Positions 9,868 to 18,901 of a DNA stretch of 64,000 nucleotides are shown one piece after another. The position numbers and the translations under genes are program-made. Within the stretch, counting starts at the first letter, position 1. Every line of letters starts with the position of its first letter. This DNA is from an uncultured Gammaproteobacteria bacterium (GTDB lineage Bacteria; Patescibacteriota; Patescibacteriia; SG8-24; DYFX01), in NCBI GenBank assembly GCA_964404275.1, contig CAYOJH010000002.1:19042-83041 (forward strand), read 5' to 3'. Under the pieces are notes generated by a model. That model ran no database searches. It was not told the DNA's origin and saw only the letters and a program-made list of their open reading frames with translations.

Positions 9868-10758
9868 ATGGATGCAGAAGCTTTGACGCGCGAACTCCTG
9901 GCGGAACCGATCGAGCGGGCCGATTTTTATTGGCATGCGCCGGAGTATCGGTCCTCTCTTGAAAATTGGAACGCGCTCGCGACCGAAAACGAGGTGCATG
10001 CGGCGATTTCCGCCCGGGACGAGAAAGCGGAGCAGAAAAAAAGCCGGAAGGACATCGCCTTCGTGACGACCCACGCCGGACCGGGCGGACGCCTGCTCGA
10101 CGTGGGCTGCGGCTACGGCCGCCTCGCGAAATATCTGCTTCCGTCCGTGGCGTTCGAAGCGTACGTCGGCCTCGACAGCTCGCGCGTCATGCTCGGAAAA
10201 TTTCAAGAGCGGTACGCGGCGCGGCCGGAAGAGCAAACAACGCCGCTCGTCCTGGTCCAGGCGGACATCGACCGCTTGCCGCTCCGGGACGGTTCCATCG
10301 ATTGCTGCGTCGTCTCGGCGGTCTTCCTGCACAACCACAAGGACGTCACGCGAAGGTCGATCGGCGAGATCGTCCGCGTCTTGAAACCGGGCGGGAAACT
10401 GCTGGCCATCGGCTCGTTTCCGAACGCGCAGAGCCTGACGGGCCTGCAGGGCTGGGCTTTCCTGCGTTATCTGCGCTGGCGCGGCCAGGAAAAGAAAAAC
10501 GGTCCGGTGCGGTATTTCAGCCGCGTTGAAATTCTCGGCTTGCTGGATGGCTTTACGGACGTCGCTTTCTATCCGAGCGGTTTCTCGGTGTATCCGAAAA
10601 TGCTGCTCGGCTTGCCGGCCTTTCTGCGCTGGCATTACCGCCGTTTCTACGACATCCTTCACGGCTTTTTGCGCCATCATCTTCCCAAGCCCGTTCAAGA
10701 CATTTTCTGCGTGTATCACGACGTGGTTGCGGCTAAGGTTCCGTCTGACGGAGATTGA
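9868..10758 (+). CDS. Class I SAM-dependent methyltransferase
   Basis: LLDVGCGYGR, GLDSS..ML, ADIDRLP, EIVRVLKPGG motifs. Confidence 0.88.
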   Translation: MDAEALTRELLAEPIERADFYWHAPEYRSSLENWNALATENEVHAAISARDEKAEQKKSRKDIAFVTTHAGPGGRLLDVGCGYGRLAKYLLPSVAFEAYVGLDSSRVMLGKFQERYAARPEEQTTPLVLVQADIDRLPLRDGSIDCCVVSAVFLHNHKDVTRRSIGEIVRVLKPGGKLLAIGSFPNAQSLTGLQGWAFLRYLRWRGQEKKNGPVRYFSRVEILGLLDGFTDVAFYPSGFSVYPKMLLGLPAFLRWHYRRFYDILHGFLRHHLPKPVQDIFCVYHDVVAAKVPSDGD

Positions 10759-10798
10759 CGTCGCGCCTGTGCTATGCTAAGGAGACTTGAATTCTCCT

Positions 10799-11578
10799 AT
10801 GGCCAAAGCCCTGATCGTCATTCCGGCCCGCATGTCCTCGACCCGCTTTTCGGGCAAGCCGATGGCCGTGATCGCCGGCAAAAGCATGATCGAACGCGTC
10901 TGGCGGATCGCCAAGGCCGTGCCTTCGGCCGCGCGCGCGATCATCGCCACCGACGACGCGGAACTGAAAACGTTTTGCGAAACGTTCGGCGCGGAGGTCA
11001 TGATGACGAGCCCGGAGTGCGCGACCGGCACCGACCGCGTGGCCGAAGTCGCCGCCGCGCTTCCGGACTATGACATCATCTTCAACTTTCAGGGCGACGC
11101 CGTCCTGACGCCGCCGGCCGTGATCGAAACGCTGATCCAGGCCATGCAAGCCGACCTGGCCGCGCCGGTGGGCACGCCGGTCGTCCACCTCAAGGGAGAA
11201 GCGCTCGAAGGGTTTTTGGAAAAGAAAAAAGCCGGCAGCACGACCGGCACGACGGCCGTCTTCGATCTGAACGGTTACGCGCTGTATTTTTCGAAGGCGG
11301 TGATCCCCAACGTCCGCGGAAAGATGGAGCATCCGCCGATCTTCAAGCACGTCGGCCTCTACGCCTATCGCCGCGAAGCGCTTGCGAAACTCGCTTCGTT
11401 GCCCGAAGGCCGCTTTGAAAAAGCCGAGAAGCTCGAGCAGCTGCGCGCGCTCGAGAACGGCATCCGCATCGCGTGCGTCGAGGTCGAGCTGGGCGGCCGC
11501 ACGATGGCCTCGGTCGACAATCCGGAAGACGTCGCGCAGGTCGAGTCGATCATCGCCAAGGAGGGCGAGCTGCTGTGA
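10799..11578 (+). CDS. kdsB: 3-deoxy-manno-octulosonate cytidylyltransferase (CMP-Kdo synthetase)
   Basis: IPAR..STRF.GKP, ATDD, TGTDRVAE, QGD, ALYFSK..IP, HVGLYAYR, E.LEQLRALENG, VDNPED. Confidence 0.93.
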   Translation: MAKALIVIPARMSSTRFSGKPMAVIAGKSMIERVWRIAKAVPSAARAIIATDDAELKTFCETFGAEVMMTSPECATGTDRVAEVAAALPDYDIIFNFQGDAVLTPPAVIETLIQAMQADLAAPVGTPVVHLKGEALEGFLEKKKAGSTTGTTAVFDLNGYALYFSKAVIPNVRGKMEHPPIFKHVGLYAYRREALAKLASLPEGRFEKAEKLEQLRALENGIRIACVEVELGGRTMASVDNPEDVAQVESIIAKEGELL

Positions 11579-11579
11579 T

Positions 11580-12209
11580 ATGCTGCGCCTCTTTTTCCTC
11601 CGGCACGGCAATACGTTCGAGGACGGCGAGGCCTCCTGCCAGATCGGCGCCAAGACCGACATTCCACTGACCGCCCAGGGCCGCGCGCAAGCCGAAAAGG
11701 CCGCCGACTTTTTCGCCTCGCAGGACATCGCGCTCTCCGCCATCCATGCCGGCGGCTTGAAGCGCCAGAGAGAAACGGCGGAGATCGTGGCGAAAAAAAC
11801 CGGCGCGCCGGTCTTGGAAACGGACGCGCTCTCCGAGCTCGACTACGGCGCCTGGGAAAATCTCACGACCGACGAAGTCAAAGCGAAATTTCCCGCCTCG
11901 TACGAGGCGTGGAGCAAAGCGGGGGAGTGGCCGGCTGAATTCGCCGGCAGCGCCGAGGATGCGCGCCGACGCTTGTCGGTTTTTCTCGAGCGCATCCGCT
12001 GCTCGTACGAAGACGGTTCGGCCGTGCTGGCCGTGACGAGCCAGGGCATCATGAAACTCGTCACTTCCGTGATCGAACCGGAGCGTTGGACCGAGCTGCA
12101 GTCCCGCCGCGCCGTCGATGATCTCAAGGTCAAAACCGGCGCGATCTGCGAGATCGCGCTCGAGCGGGATGGATGGAGGACGATTGCCTGGAACGTCGTT
12201 CCGGAGTAA
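11580..12209 (+). CDS. Histidine phosphatase superfamily protein (candidate Kdo-8-phosphate phosphatase)
   Basis: LRHG catalytic motif, D.PLT..G..QA, LKR..ETA, L.ELDYG.WE; starts 1 nt after the kdsB stop. Confidence 0.85.
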   Translation: MLRLFFLRHGNTFEDGEASCQIGAKTDIPLTAQGRAQAEKAADFFASQDIALSAIHAGGLKRQRETAEIVAKKTGAPVLETDALSELDYGAWENLTTDEVKAKFPASYEAWSKAGEWPAEFAGSAEDARRRLSVFLERIRCSYEDGSAVLAVTSQGIMKLVTSVIEPERWTELQSRRAVDDLKVKTGAICEIALERDGWRTIAWNVVPE

Positions 12210-12225
12210 GGTGGAATTCAAGCGT

Positions 12226-13233
12226 ATGAACGGAATTGCCGAGGCGAATTTAACGGCCAAGACCATGGATGATCTGTCGCAGGACGCGCAGGATCGCGAT
12301 TTTGTCGCCAAACAGGCGGCTGCCATTCAGTCCGTCCTGAAAAATCTGGACGGCGAACTGGACAAGGCCGTCGGTCTTTTGGTCGGCGCGCGCGGAAAAG
12401 TGATCGTGACCGGCATCGGCAAATCCGGTCACATCGGCATGAAAATCGCCTCGACCATGAACAGTCTCGGCACCATGGCGGCTTTCCTGCACCCGGCCGA
12501 AGCCTTCCATGGCGATCTCGGCCTCGTCGGCAAGGACGATATCGTCGTGATGCTGTCGCACAGCGGTGAAACCAAGGAAACGCTGCGGCTTTTGCAGCAC
12601 GTAAAGCGCCACGGCACGGCCGTGATCGCCATCACCGGCAACGACGCTTCGTCCATGGCCATGGCTTGCGACGCCGTGCTGACGTACGACGTCGAAGACG
12701 AAGGCTCGCCGCACAACTTGGCGCCGATGGCCTCGACCGCCGCGATGCTCGTGATCGGCGATCTCTTGGCTGCGCGCCTTTGCCGCGCGCGCGGCTTCAC
12801 GGCCCAGGATTTCGCCGCCTCGCATCCGGGCGGCGCGCTCGGCCTCCAGCTCACGCGCGTCTCGGAACTGATGAAAACAGGCGAAGCGGTGCCGCTCGTT
12901 TCCGCCCAAACCGCGTTTCTCGAAGCGCTGCGCGCCATGAACGCCAAAAAGCTCGGCGTGGTCGGCGTGACCGATCCACAAGGCCGCTTGATCGGCGTCA
13001 TGTCCGACGGCGACGTCCGCCGCTTCGTATCTTCAGAACGATTTTCGCTCGAGGCGCCCGTTTCCGACGCAATGACGCCGCATCCGAAAGTCATCGGCGC
13101 CGAGGATTCGTTGAAAGACGCCTTGGCGTTGATGGAACAATACAAGATCACGGTGCTGTTCGCGCTTGATCGGGACGGCAAGCCGCAAGGCGTCATCCAC
13201 ATGCATCACATCATCGAAGGAAAAATCGTATGA
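12226..13233 (+). CDS. kdsD: Arabinose-5-phosphate isomerase (SIS + 2 CBS)
   Basis: TGIGKSGHIG.KIAST, LHPAEA.HGDLG, S.SGET.E, HPGG.LG, C-terminal CBS pair. Confidence 0.93.
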   Translation: MNGIAEANLTAKTMDDLSQDAQDRDFVAKQAAAIQSVLKNLDGELDKAVGLLVGARGKVIVTGIGKSGHIGMKIASTMNSLGTMAAFLHPAEAFHGDLGLVGKDDIVVMLSHSGETKETLRLLQHVKRHGTAVIAITGNDASSMAMACDAVLTYDVEDEGSPHNLAPMASTAAMLVIGDLLAARLCRARGFTAQDFAASHPGGALGLQLTRVSELMKTGEAVPLVSAQTAFLEALRAMNAKKLGVVGVTDPQGRLIGVMSDGDVRRFVSSERFSLEAPVSDAMTPHPKVIGAEDSLKDALALMEQYKITVLFALDRDGKPQGVIHMHHIIEGKIV

Positions 13234-14063
13234 GCGCGGCACAGCGGCATATCGCGATCGGCGGTTTCGCGGCCGGCAACGACTTGCCGTTTTTCTTTAT
13301 CGGCGGTCCCGACTCCCTCGAGAACCTGGAGCACGCCATGAAGATGGCGACCGAAATCAAAAAGATCTGCGACGCGCTGGGTATCCCGTACGTTTTCAAA
13401 GCCTCCTACGACAAAGCCAACCGCACCTCGGCCAAGAGCTTCCGCGGCGTCGGCCTGGAACGGGGGATCGAGATCCTCTCCGCGATCAAGCGCGAACTGG
13501 GCATCCCGGTCACGACCGATTTTCATACGGCGGAAGAAGCGGAAAAAATCGGTCCCGTCGTCGACATGTTGCAGGTGCCGGCGCTCTTGTCGCGCCAAAC
13601 CGATCTGATCCAGGCCGCGGCCAAGCACGCCAAGGTCGTCAACATCAAGAAAGGCCAGTTCATCGCGCCGCATGACATGCGCCAGGTCATCGCCAAGGCG
13701 ACGCTGGCGGGCAACGAGAATATCCTGGCCACCGAACGCGGCTACATGTTCGGCTACAACGACGTGGTCGCCGACATGCGCTCGCTCCACGAAATGAAAA
13801 AGACGGGTCATCCCGTGATTTTCGACGCCGCGCATACGGCCCAAACGCCCAGCACGAACGGTGAATCGTCCGGCGGCGATCGGACGCTCATGCCGCCGCT
13901 CGCCCGCGCCGCCGTGGCGGTCGGCGTAGCTGGCATTTTCATGGAAGTCCACGATGATCCGGACAACGCGCCGGTCGACGGCCAGAGCTCGCTGGACCTC
14001 AAGGATCTGAAATCCGCGCTCGCGACCCTCAAGGAACTCGACCGCGTCGTCAAAGGCGCGTAA
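13230..14063 (+). CDS. kdsA: Kdo-8-phosphate synthase
   Basis: FKASYDKANRTS (KANR signature of KDO8PS versus KPR of DAH7PS), RQTDL, NIKKGQF, TERG, FDAAH, FMEVH..PD.A..DG. Confidence 0.93.
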   Translation: MSAAQRHIAIGGFAAGNDLPFFFIGGPDSLENLEHAMKMATEIKKICDALGIPYVFKASYDKANRTSAKSFRGVGLERGIEILSAIKRELGIPVTTDFHTAEEAEKIGPVVDMLQVPALLSRQTDLIQAAAKHAKVVNIKKGQFIAPHDMRQVIAKATLAGNENILATERGYMFGYNDVVADMRSLHEMKKTGHPVIFDAAHTAQTPSTNGESSGGDRTLMPPLARAAVAVGVAGIFMEVHDDPDNAPVDGQSSLDLKDLKSALATLKELDRVVKGA

Positions 14064-14068
14064 GCGCT

Positions 14069-15532
14069 ATGGACGAATTCGCGGCCGCTTTGAAAAATCT
14101 CAAGACGTTCAACCGGATGGTTTCGACGCATCCGGAACTTTCGTCGCTCCTGATCGACGGCGACCATGATTTCCTGCAGTGGCGGCAAGCCAAGATTTTC
14201 GTGGCCTTCCGCGAGCAGTATCGGCGCGCGACCGCGCGAGGAGCGAAAAAAAGCCGCGACAGAGCGCGGTATCTCCTTTCCGGACTTCTCGCCTGCGCGC
14301 TGACCGCCTGGGCTGCCTTGGCGCGAGGAAAAAAGGACGTCGTGATCTTCGGCGTGGACAAGATCAGCGCGGAACGGGATCACGATTTCCGTCTCGACGG
14401 CATCTATCGTTTCCTGAAAGAAAAAAACCTTTCGTTCACCGAAATCCTCCATACGCAGCTCGACGGAACGATGGGCCGGAACGCGCGGAGCCGCAAGCGC
14501 GCCGCCGTCTACCGCGAGGCTTTCGAATTCCTGGGCCTGATCTGGTTTCGTTTCTGCCGGTGCCGCGCCGAAGCGCGCCGCGTCGCCTCCGCTCTTTCCT
14601 GCGCGGAATTCGAAGAAGGCGATCGCGCCTTCGCGCGCGCGCTCGCCGAAAAACTGCTCCGCGGACGGCTGGCCTCGCGTTTTGAAATCGCTTGGTATCG
14701 GCGCGTGCTGCGGCGCATCAAGCCGCGCATGATCCTGGCGATCGACGATACGCGCTATCTGCAAGAAATCTGCGCGGCGGCACGGGCCGAACGTATCCCC
14801 GTCTACGCGTTCCAGCACGGCCACTTCACGAAATATCACGCCGGCTGGCTGGCCTCCGGCGCCGGCGGCGGAACGGACGCGCGGCCGGACGCGCTATTCG
14901 TCTGGAGCCCGTATTGGAAAAACGAGCTTTTGCGCCTCGGCACGAATTTCCGGGCGGACGAGCTGCGCGTCGGCGGAAATCCGAAAGGCGACGCGCCGAT
15001 CATTGAGGTATCGACCTATCAGCCCCCGGCGGCCGGGGACAGGATCGAACTGCTCGTGCCATTTGAATCTGACGCGCCCTTCGACGAGATGAAAGCCGTC
15101 ATGCGCTCGCTGCTTTCCACGGGCCGCGTCAAGATCTGGCTGAAGACGCGTCCTGACTGGGGCGCGCAGGAACAAATGCGGCGCTACGGACTCGACGAAC
15201 TTTCGCGCGAACAGGCCGAGGCGATTCCGGACCATCGGCCTCTGATCGGCCGGATCCATGCCGTGGCCGGAGCGTATTCGACCTTTCTCTATGACGCGCT
15301 ATCGGCGCTGCGCCCGGTTTTCATTTTCAAGACTTCGATGGATTTCGGGGAGGGCATGCTGATAAACGGCTTGGCTGACGCTTTTGATGCGCATGCGTCT
15401 GATCCGGCCGGGCGCTTGTCGTCCTCATGCGCGGAAGCCGCACCGAAACTGAAAAACCGCCTTGAAACGTATCAGGGCGGCGCAGGGAACCTCACTGAGA
15501 CGCTGCGGGCGCTTTTTGGGAAACAGGCGTAA
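14069..15532 (+). CDS. Putative GT-B glycosyltransferase, candidate CMP-Kdo-dependent transferase
   Basis: Last gene of the kds operon; FQHG, PD.LFVW, VGGNP, K.RP, ST..YDAL...RP pattern recalls capsule/teichoic-acid GT-B enzymes. Confidence 0.5.
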   Translation: MDEFAAALKNLKTFNRMVSTHPELSSLLIDGDHDFLQWRQAKIFVAFREQYRRATARGAKKSRDRARYLLSGLLACALTAWAALARGKKDVVIFGVDKISAERDHDFRLDGIYRFLKEKNLSFTEILHTQLDGTMGRNARSRKRAAVYREAFEFLGLIWFRFCRCRAEARRVASALSCAEFEEGDRAFARALAEKLLRGRLASRFEIAWYRRVLRRIKPRMILAIDDTRYLQEICAAARAERIPVYAFQHGHFTKYHAGWLASGAGGGTDARPDALFVWSPYWKNELLRLGTNFRADELRVGGNPKGDAPIIEVSTYQPPAAGDRIELLVPFESDAPFDEMKAVMRSLLSTGRVKIWLKTRPDWGAQEQMRRYGLDELSREQAEAIPDHRPLIGRIHAVAGAYSTFLYDALSALRPVFIFKTSMDFGEGMLINGLADAFDAHASDPAGRLSSSCAEAAPKLKNRLETYQGGAGNLTETLRALFGKQA

Positions 15533-16382
15533 AGATCATCTTCATGCCATAGGAGGGGATTTGGAGAAACGAGTCGTTGACTTCCACGAGGTTAAATCCA
15601 TTGCGTTGCATGACACGGCAAAGGGTCTCGCGGCTATAATGGTACAAATGACCGAGGCTGATCGCATCCATGCGTGAGCCGTACTTTTGTACGTCGGGCA
15701 CTTCAAGAATGAGGAAGCCATGATCGGAAATGCGCTCGTGCAGACTCGCCAACAAACGGTCAGGATCGCCGATATGCTCGAACACATGCCAAAGCGTGAT
15801 CGCATCGAATGTCCTGCGCGGAACGGCGTCCAACGAAGGGTGGATAACGAGATCGGTCGAAGCGGAACCCAAAAAGCGGCTTCCTGGTTCCACGCCCTGG
15901 ACGTCAACGCCCGGCCAGGCTTTCTTAAGGAGGTGAAGAAACATGCCCTCCGCGCAGCCATAGTCGAGGATGACCGGTTCTGCGGTCTTGAAAAGGCCGC
16001 GTTGACGGAGATGGAGGACATACCTCACGTTGCGCGCGGCGACAACGGCGGTTTTTCGGAAATGAGAAGCACCGGGCCAAAGCCAGCCGCTTTCAATGCC
16101 TCGATACAAGTGGCTGCGGTAATAGCGCTCGATGAAGCGCGGCGTCGGCATCGGGTTTTCCATCACGAATCCACACTGACAGCGCACCGTCGCTATCTGC
16201 AGGCCGTATTTGTCTCGGTCATGCAATAACGTAAAGACGCCCCCCCCACACAGGAGGCAAGGGCGAAGCTCCGTTTCCAGCACGCGCATGATCGCATGCC
16301 GATACCAACAACGGATGACGGCGTGCAGCATGCGCTCGATTTTCGCGACGAGCCGGCCGGCCACAGGAAACGTTTTCCTCAT
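15492..16382 (-). CDS. SAM-dependent methyltransferase with N-terminal zinc ribbon
   Basis: CLLCG...C.CG, ILDYGCAEG, GVEP, WHVFEHI.DP, LEVPD; more AT-rich codon usage. Confidence 0.85.
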   Translation of the reverse strand: MRKTFPVAGRLVAKIERMLHAVIRCWYRHAIMRVLETELRPCLLCGGGVFTLLHDRDKYGLQIATVRCQCGFVMENPMPTPRFIERYYRSHLYRGIESGWLWPGASHFRKTAVVAARNVRYVLHLRQRGLFKTAEPVILDYGCAEGMFLHLLKKAWPGVDVQGVEPGSRFLGSASTDLVIHPSLDAVPRRTFDAITLWHVFEHIGDPDRLLASLHERISDHGFLILEVPDVQKYGSRMDAISLGHLYHYSRETLCRVMQRNGFNLVEVNDSFLQIPSYGMKMIFTPVSQKAPAASQ

Positions 16383-17671
16383 AGGGAACGCGCTGCGCCA
16401 TGTTCTGCGCGTCGGCTGACGCGTTCGGCGTAGAAGAGCCCGAGCGCCAAACCGCTGAATTTAGAGATGATTTTGGCGTAAGCCACGCCCATCAAACCTA
16501 ACGGTTTGATGAGCAGCAGGAGGAAAACGATGAAAACGATCGAAGGACCGTTGCCGGCGATGTACCTGCCGCGGATATCGTGGTGCGCCGTGATGAAGGC
16601 CTGCGGAAGATGCGACGGCACGATGAAGATCTGGGCGGCGAGGAGCACGATCGCGTAGCGCGCCGCTTCCTGGTAGGCGGGAAAGACCAGCCGGTAGGCC
16701 CAGGGCGCGAGCAGCATCGCGATGCCGGAAAGCGGCGCGGCGACGATCATCGTGATGATCGTTTTGCGGAGCAGCGGAGCGAAAGCCTTGGCTGGCGATT
16801 GCTCCGCGAATTTCGGCATGGCCAGCGTTTTCAAATTCGAGGTCAGGCCGTCGACCTGTTCAGGCAAGGCCTGGGCCAGTGCGTAAACTGCCGTCGGCGC
16901 TGCGCCGAAGAATTGGAAAATCAGGATCTTGTCGAGGTTGACCGTCAAACTGCCGATCACGTTCAAAAAGCTGGCGTGTGCTCCGAAACGCATCGCCCCT
17001 GGATCCACCGTGTCGTTGGAAGTGTGGCGGGCGATCGTCAGGCGGTAGGCCGCGTACATGGCCAGGGCGGTGGACCCGACCGAAACCGTCACCAGGATCG
17101 CCGGATTGTGCGGCAGGAACAGCAAGGCCAGGACGAGTGCGGTGGCCGGCGCCGCCTGGCGCAAGGTGTTGTATACCGCGGCGGTTTTAAAAACTTTCTT
17201 ACCGCGCAAGAAGTGCGAGAACAGACTCGCGGACTGGGTGATCGGCAGGCAGATCCCGATCGCGACGAGCGCCCAAGCGAGCTTCGTATCGGCGTGCCAA
17301 AAGTACCAGCCGGCGCCGAGGAGGGAAAATAAACCGATCAGCAGATTCCATCGGAAGGATCGGTGCGCCAAAAAGCGCAGCGTGCCGTCCTGCCCGGTGG
17401 CGGCGGAGCGCACCAGCGCTTCTCCCAGGCCGGTCAAGGTGAAGCCGGTCAAAGCGCCGCCGATCGACATCAAATATTTGTAATACCCGTAGGCCTCCTT
17501 GGAGGCCAAATTGGCGAACAGGATGGCGACGACCAGCGACATGAGCGATCCCGCCAGCGAGCCGAAAGCGAGCCAAAAACCGCCCTTGGCGGCGTAGAGA
17601 ACGTCGGTCCGGAAGATCGGCTGCAGCCGAAGCAGCAGCGCTTTCGAGCGGTTTTTCAGGGCCTCGAACAT
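16379..17671 (-). CDS. Wzx-like oligosaccharide flippase
   Basis: Multi-TM; RTDVLYAAKGGFW and YG.YKY..SI.G shared with 3942-5243. Confidence 0.8.
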   Translation of the reverse strand: MFEALKNRSKALLLRLQPIFRTDVLYAAKGGFWLAFGSLAGSLMSLVVAILFANLASKEAYGYYKYLMSIGGALTGFTLTGLGEALVRSAATGQDGTLRFLAHRSFRWNLLIGLFSLLGAGWYFWHADTKLAWALVAIGICLPITQSASLFSHFLRGKKVFKTAAVYNTLRQAAPATALVLALLFLPHNPAILVTVSVGSTALAMYAAYRLTIARHTSNDTVDPGAMRFGAHASFLNVIGSLTVNLDKILIFQFFGAAPTAVYALAQALPEQVDGLTSNLKTLAMPKFAEQSPAKAFAPLLRKTIITMIVAAPLSGIAMLLAPWAYRLVFPAYQEAARYAIVLLAAQIFIVPSHLPQAFITAHHDIRGRYIAGNGPSIVFIVFLLLLIKPLGLMGVAYAKIISKFSGLALGLFYAERVSRRAEHGAARSL

Positions 17672-17752
17672 GGCTTGATCTTACCCGGACTTTCCGCAAA
17701 AGGACAGCCGATGGTACAATCGTCGCCGACGCGTTTTTATCCCCATCCGCCT

Positions 17753-18169
17753 ATGCCCAGCCTGGAAGAAGTCCACGGTCGTTTGCGCGCCAAAGCCCGA
17801 GAGAAAAGCGAGCTCCAGAAAGCTTTCAAGGACGAGCTCGCCAACAATCCGCGCTACCAGCAGATCGTCGAGCAGCTCAAGACGTTGAAAGAAGAAAAAA
17901 AATCAATCGAGAACCAGACGTGGGCCTCATCTTCGGCCGACGCGCAGAAGCTCGATCTCCTGACGCTCGACATCCAGTCCGACAAGGAGATGCTTTCCGA
18001 ACTCGCGCTCAACCTGTACGTCAAAGGTCAGACAGTCGAGATCGTCGACGAGTTGCATGTCCGCTGGGTCCCGAAATTTTCCGTCGCGTTTAAAAAAGAC
18101 GACGAAGCGCAGGAGGAGCGCGCGTCGAACCACGCCGTCGCGGTCCCCGAACCGGACTTCGCGGCCTAA
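17753..18169 (+). CDS. Hypothetical coiled-coil protein
   Basis: Host-like codon usage; TGGTACAAT extended -10 upstream; charged helical sequence. Confidence 0.7.
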   Translation: MPSLEEVHGRLRAKAREKSELQKAFKDELANNPRYQQIVEQLKTLKEEKKSIENQTWASSSADAQKLDLLTLDIQSDKEMLSELALNLYVKGQTVEIVDELHVRWVPKFSVAFKKDDEAQEERASNHAVAVPEPDFAA

Positions 18170-18184
18170 GCCGTTATCCTCCCT

Positions 18185-18826
18185 ATGGACGAGAAAACGA
18201 TCCAAAAGATGAACACCGCGATTTCCGTCGTGTTCATTTCCGCCGCGCTGATCCTGTTCATGGTCGCGCTTCAGCATCGCCAAGCGTCCGTCGCCAACCC
18301 AGGCGGCGCTTCGACGGCGCCGAAAACGAGCGATACGCAGGACTACGACGATCTGGCCGGCATGCAGCAGGCCGCCTTGGGCAAGGATTTCGCCAGCTGG
18401 ACGCCGGAAGGCAAACTGGACGCCGAGAAGACGCTGACCGCGTCGCTCGTCGTCAAAGGCCAGATCGCCAAGGCATACCTCGCGGTCAAAGCCTCGCTCG
18501 ACGGCAAGCCGCTCACGAAATACGAAAGCGTCTATCTGAAATTGAACGACGTCGGCGGCCATCTGTTCCGCCCGCAGAGCTTGAAGACGCCTGACACGGG
18601 CGACACCAGTCTGCTCTACGAGTTGAACGACGTGCCGGTCCTGCCGAGCGTGCCGTACGACGAAGCGCGCGTGCCGGAGAAGGCCGACCTCGCCGCGACG
18701 CTCCAGGACGGCAAGACGGTCCGCCTGACGGCCTTCATCTCGTCGCTCCGCCCGGCCCTGCTCGAAGACGTGACGATCGCCTACGTCTGCGCCGACAATT
18801 CCGACTGCTCGCTGACGATAAAATAG
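18185..18826 (+). CDS. Membrane-anchored extracytoplasmic hypothetical protein
   Basis: Single N-terminal TM, beta-rich domain, C-terminal Cys pair. Confidence 0.7.
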   Translation: MDEKTIQKMNTAISVVFISAALILFMVALQHRQASVANPGGASTAPKTSDTQDYDDLAGMQQAALGKDFASWTPEGKLDAEKTLTASLVVKGQIAKAYLAVKASLDGKPLTKYESVYLKLNDVGGHLFRPQSLKTPDTGDTSLLYELNDVPVLPSVPYDEARVPEKADLAATLQDGKTVRLTAFISSLRPALLEDVTIAYVCADNSDCSLTIK

Positions 18827-18901
18827 AAACGGGGATAAACCGGCCTGGCGCGAGCGCGCGCAGGCCGGTATTGTTTTGGCGTTCCTGACAGGGAGGAAAC
18901 G

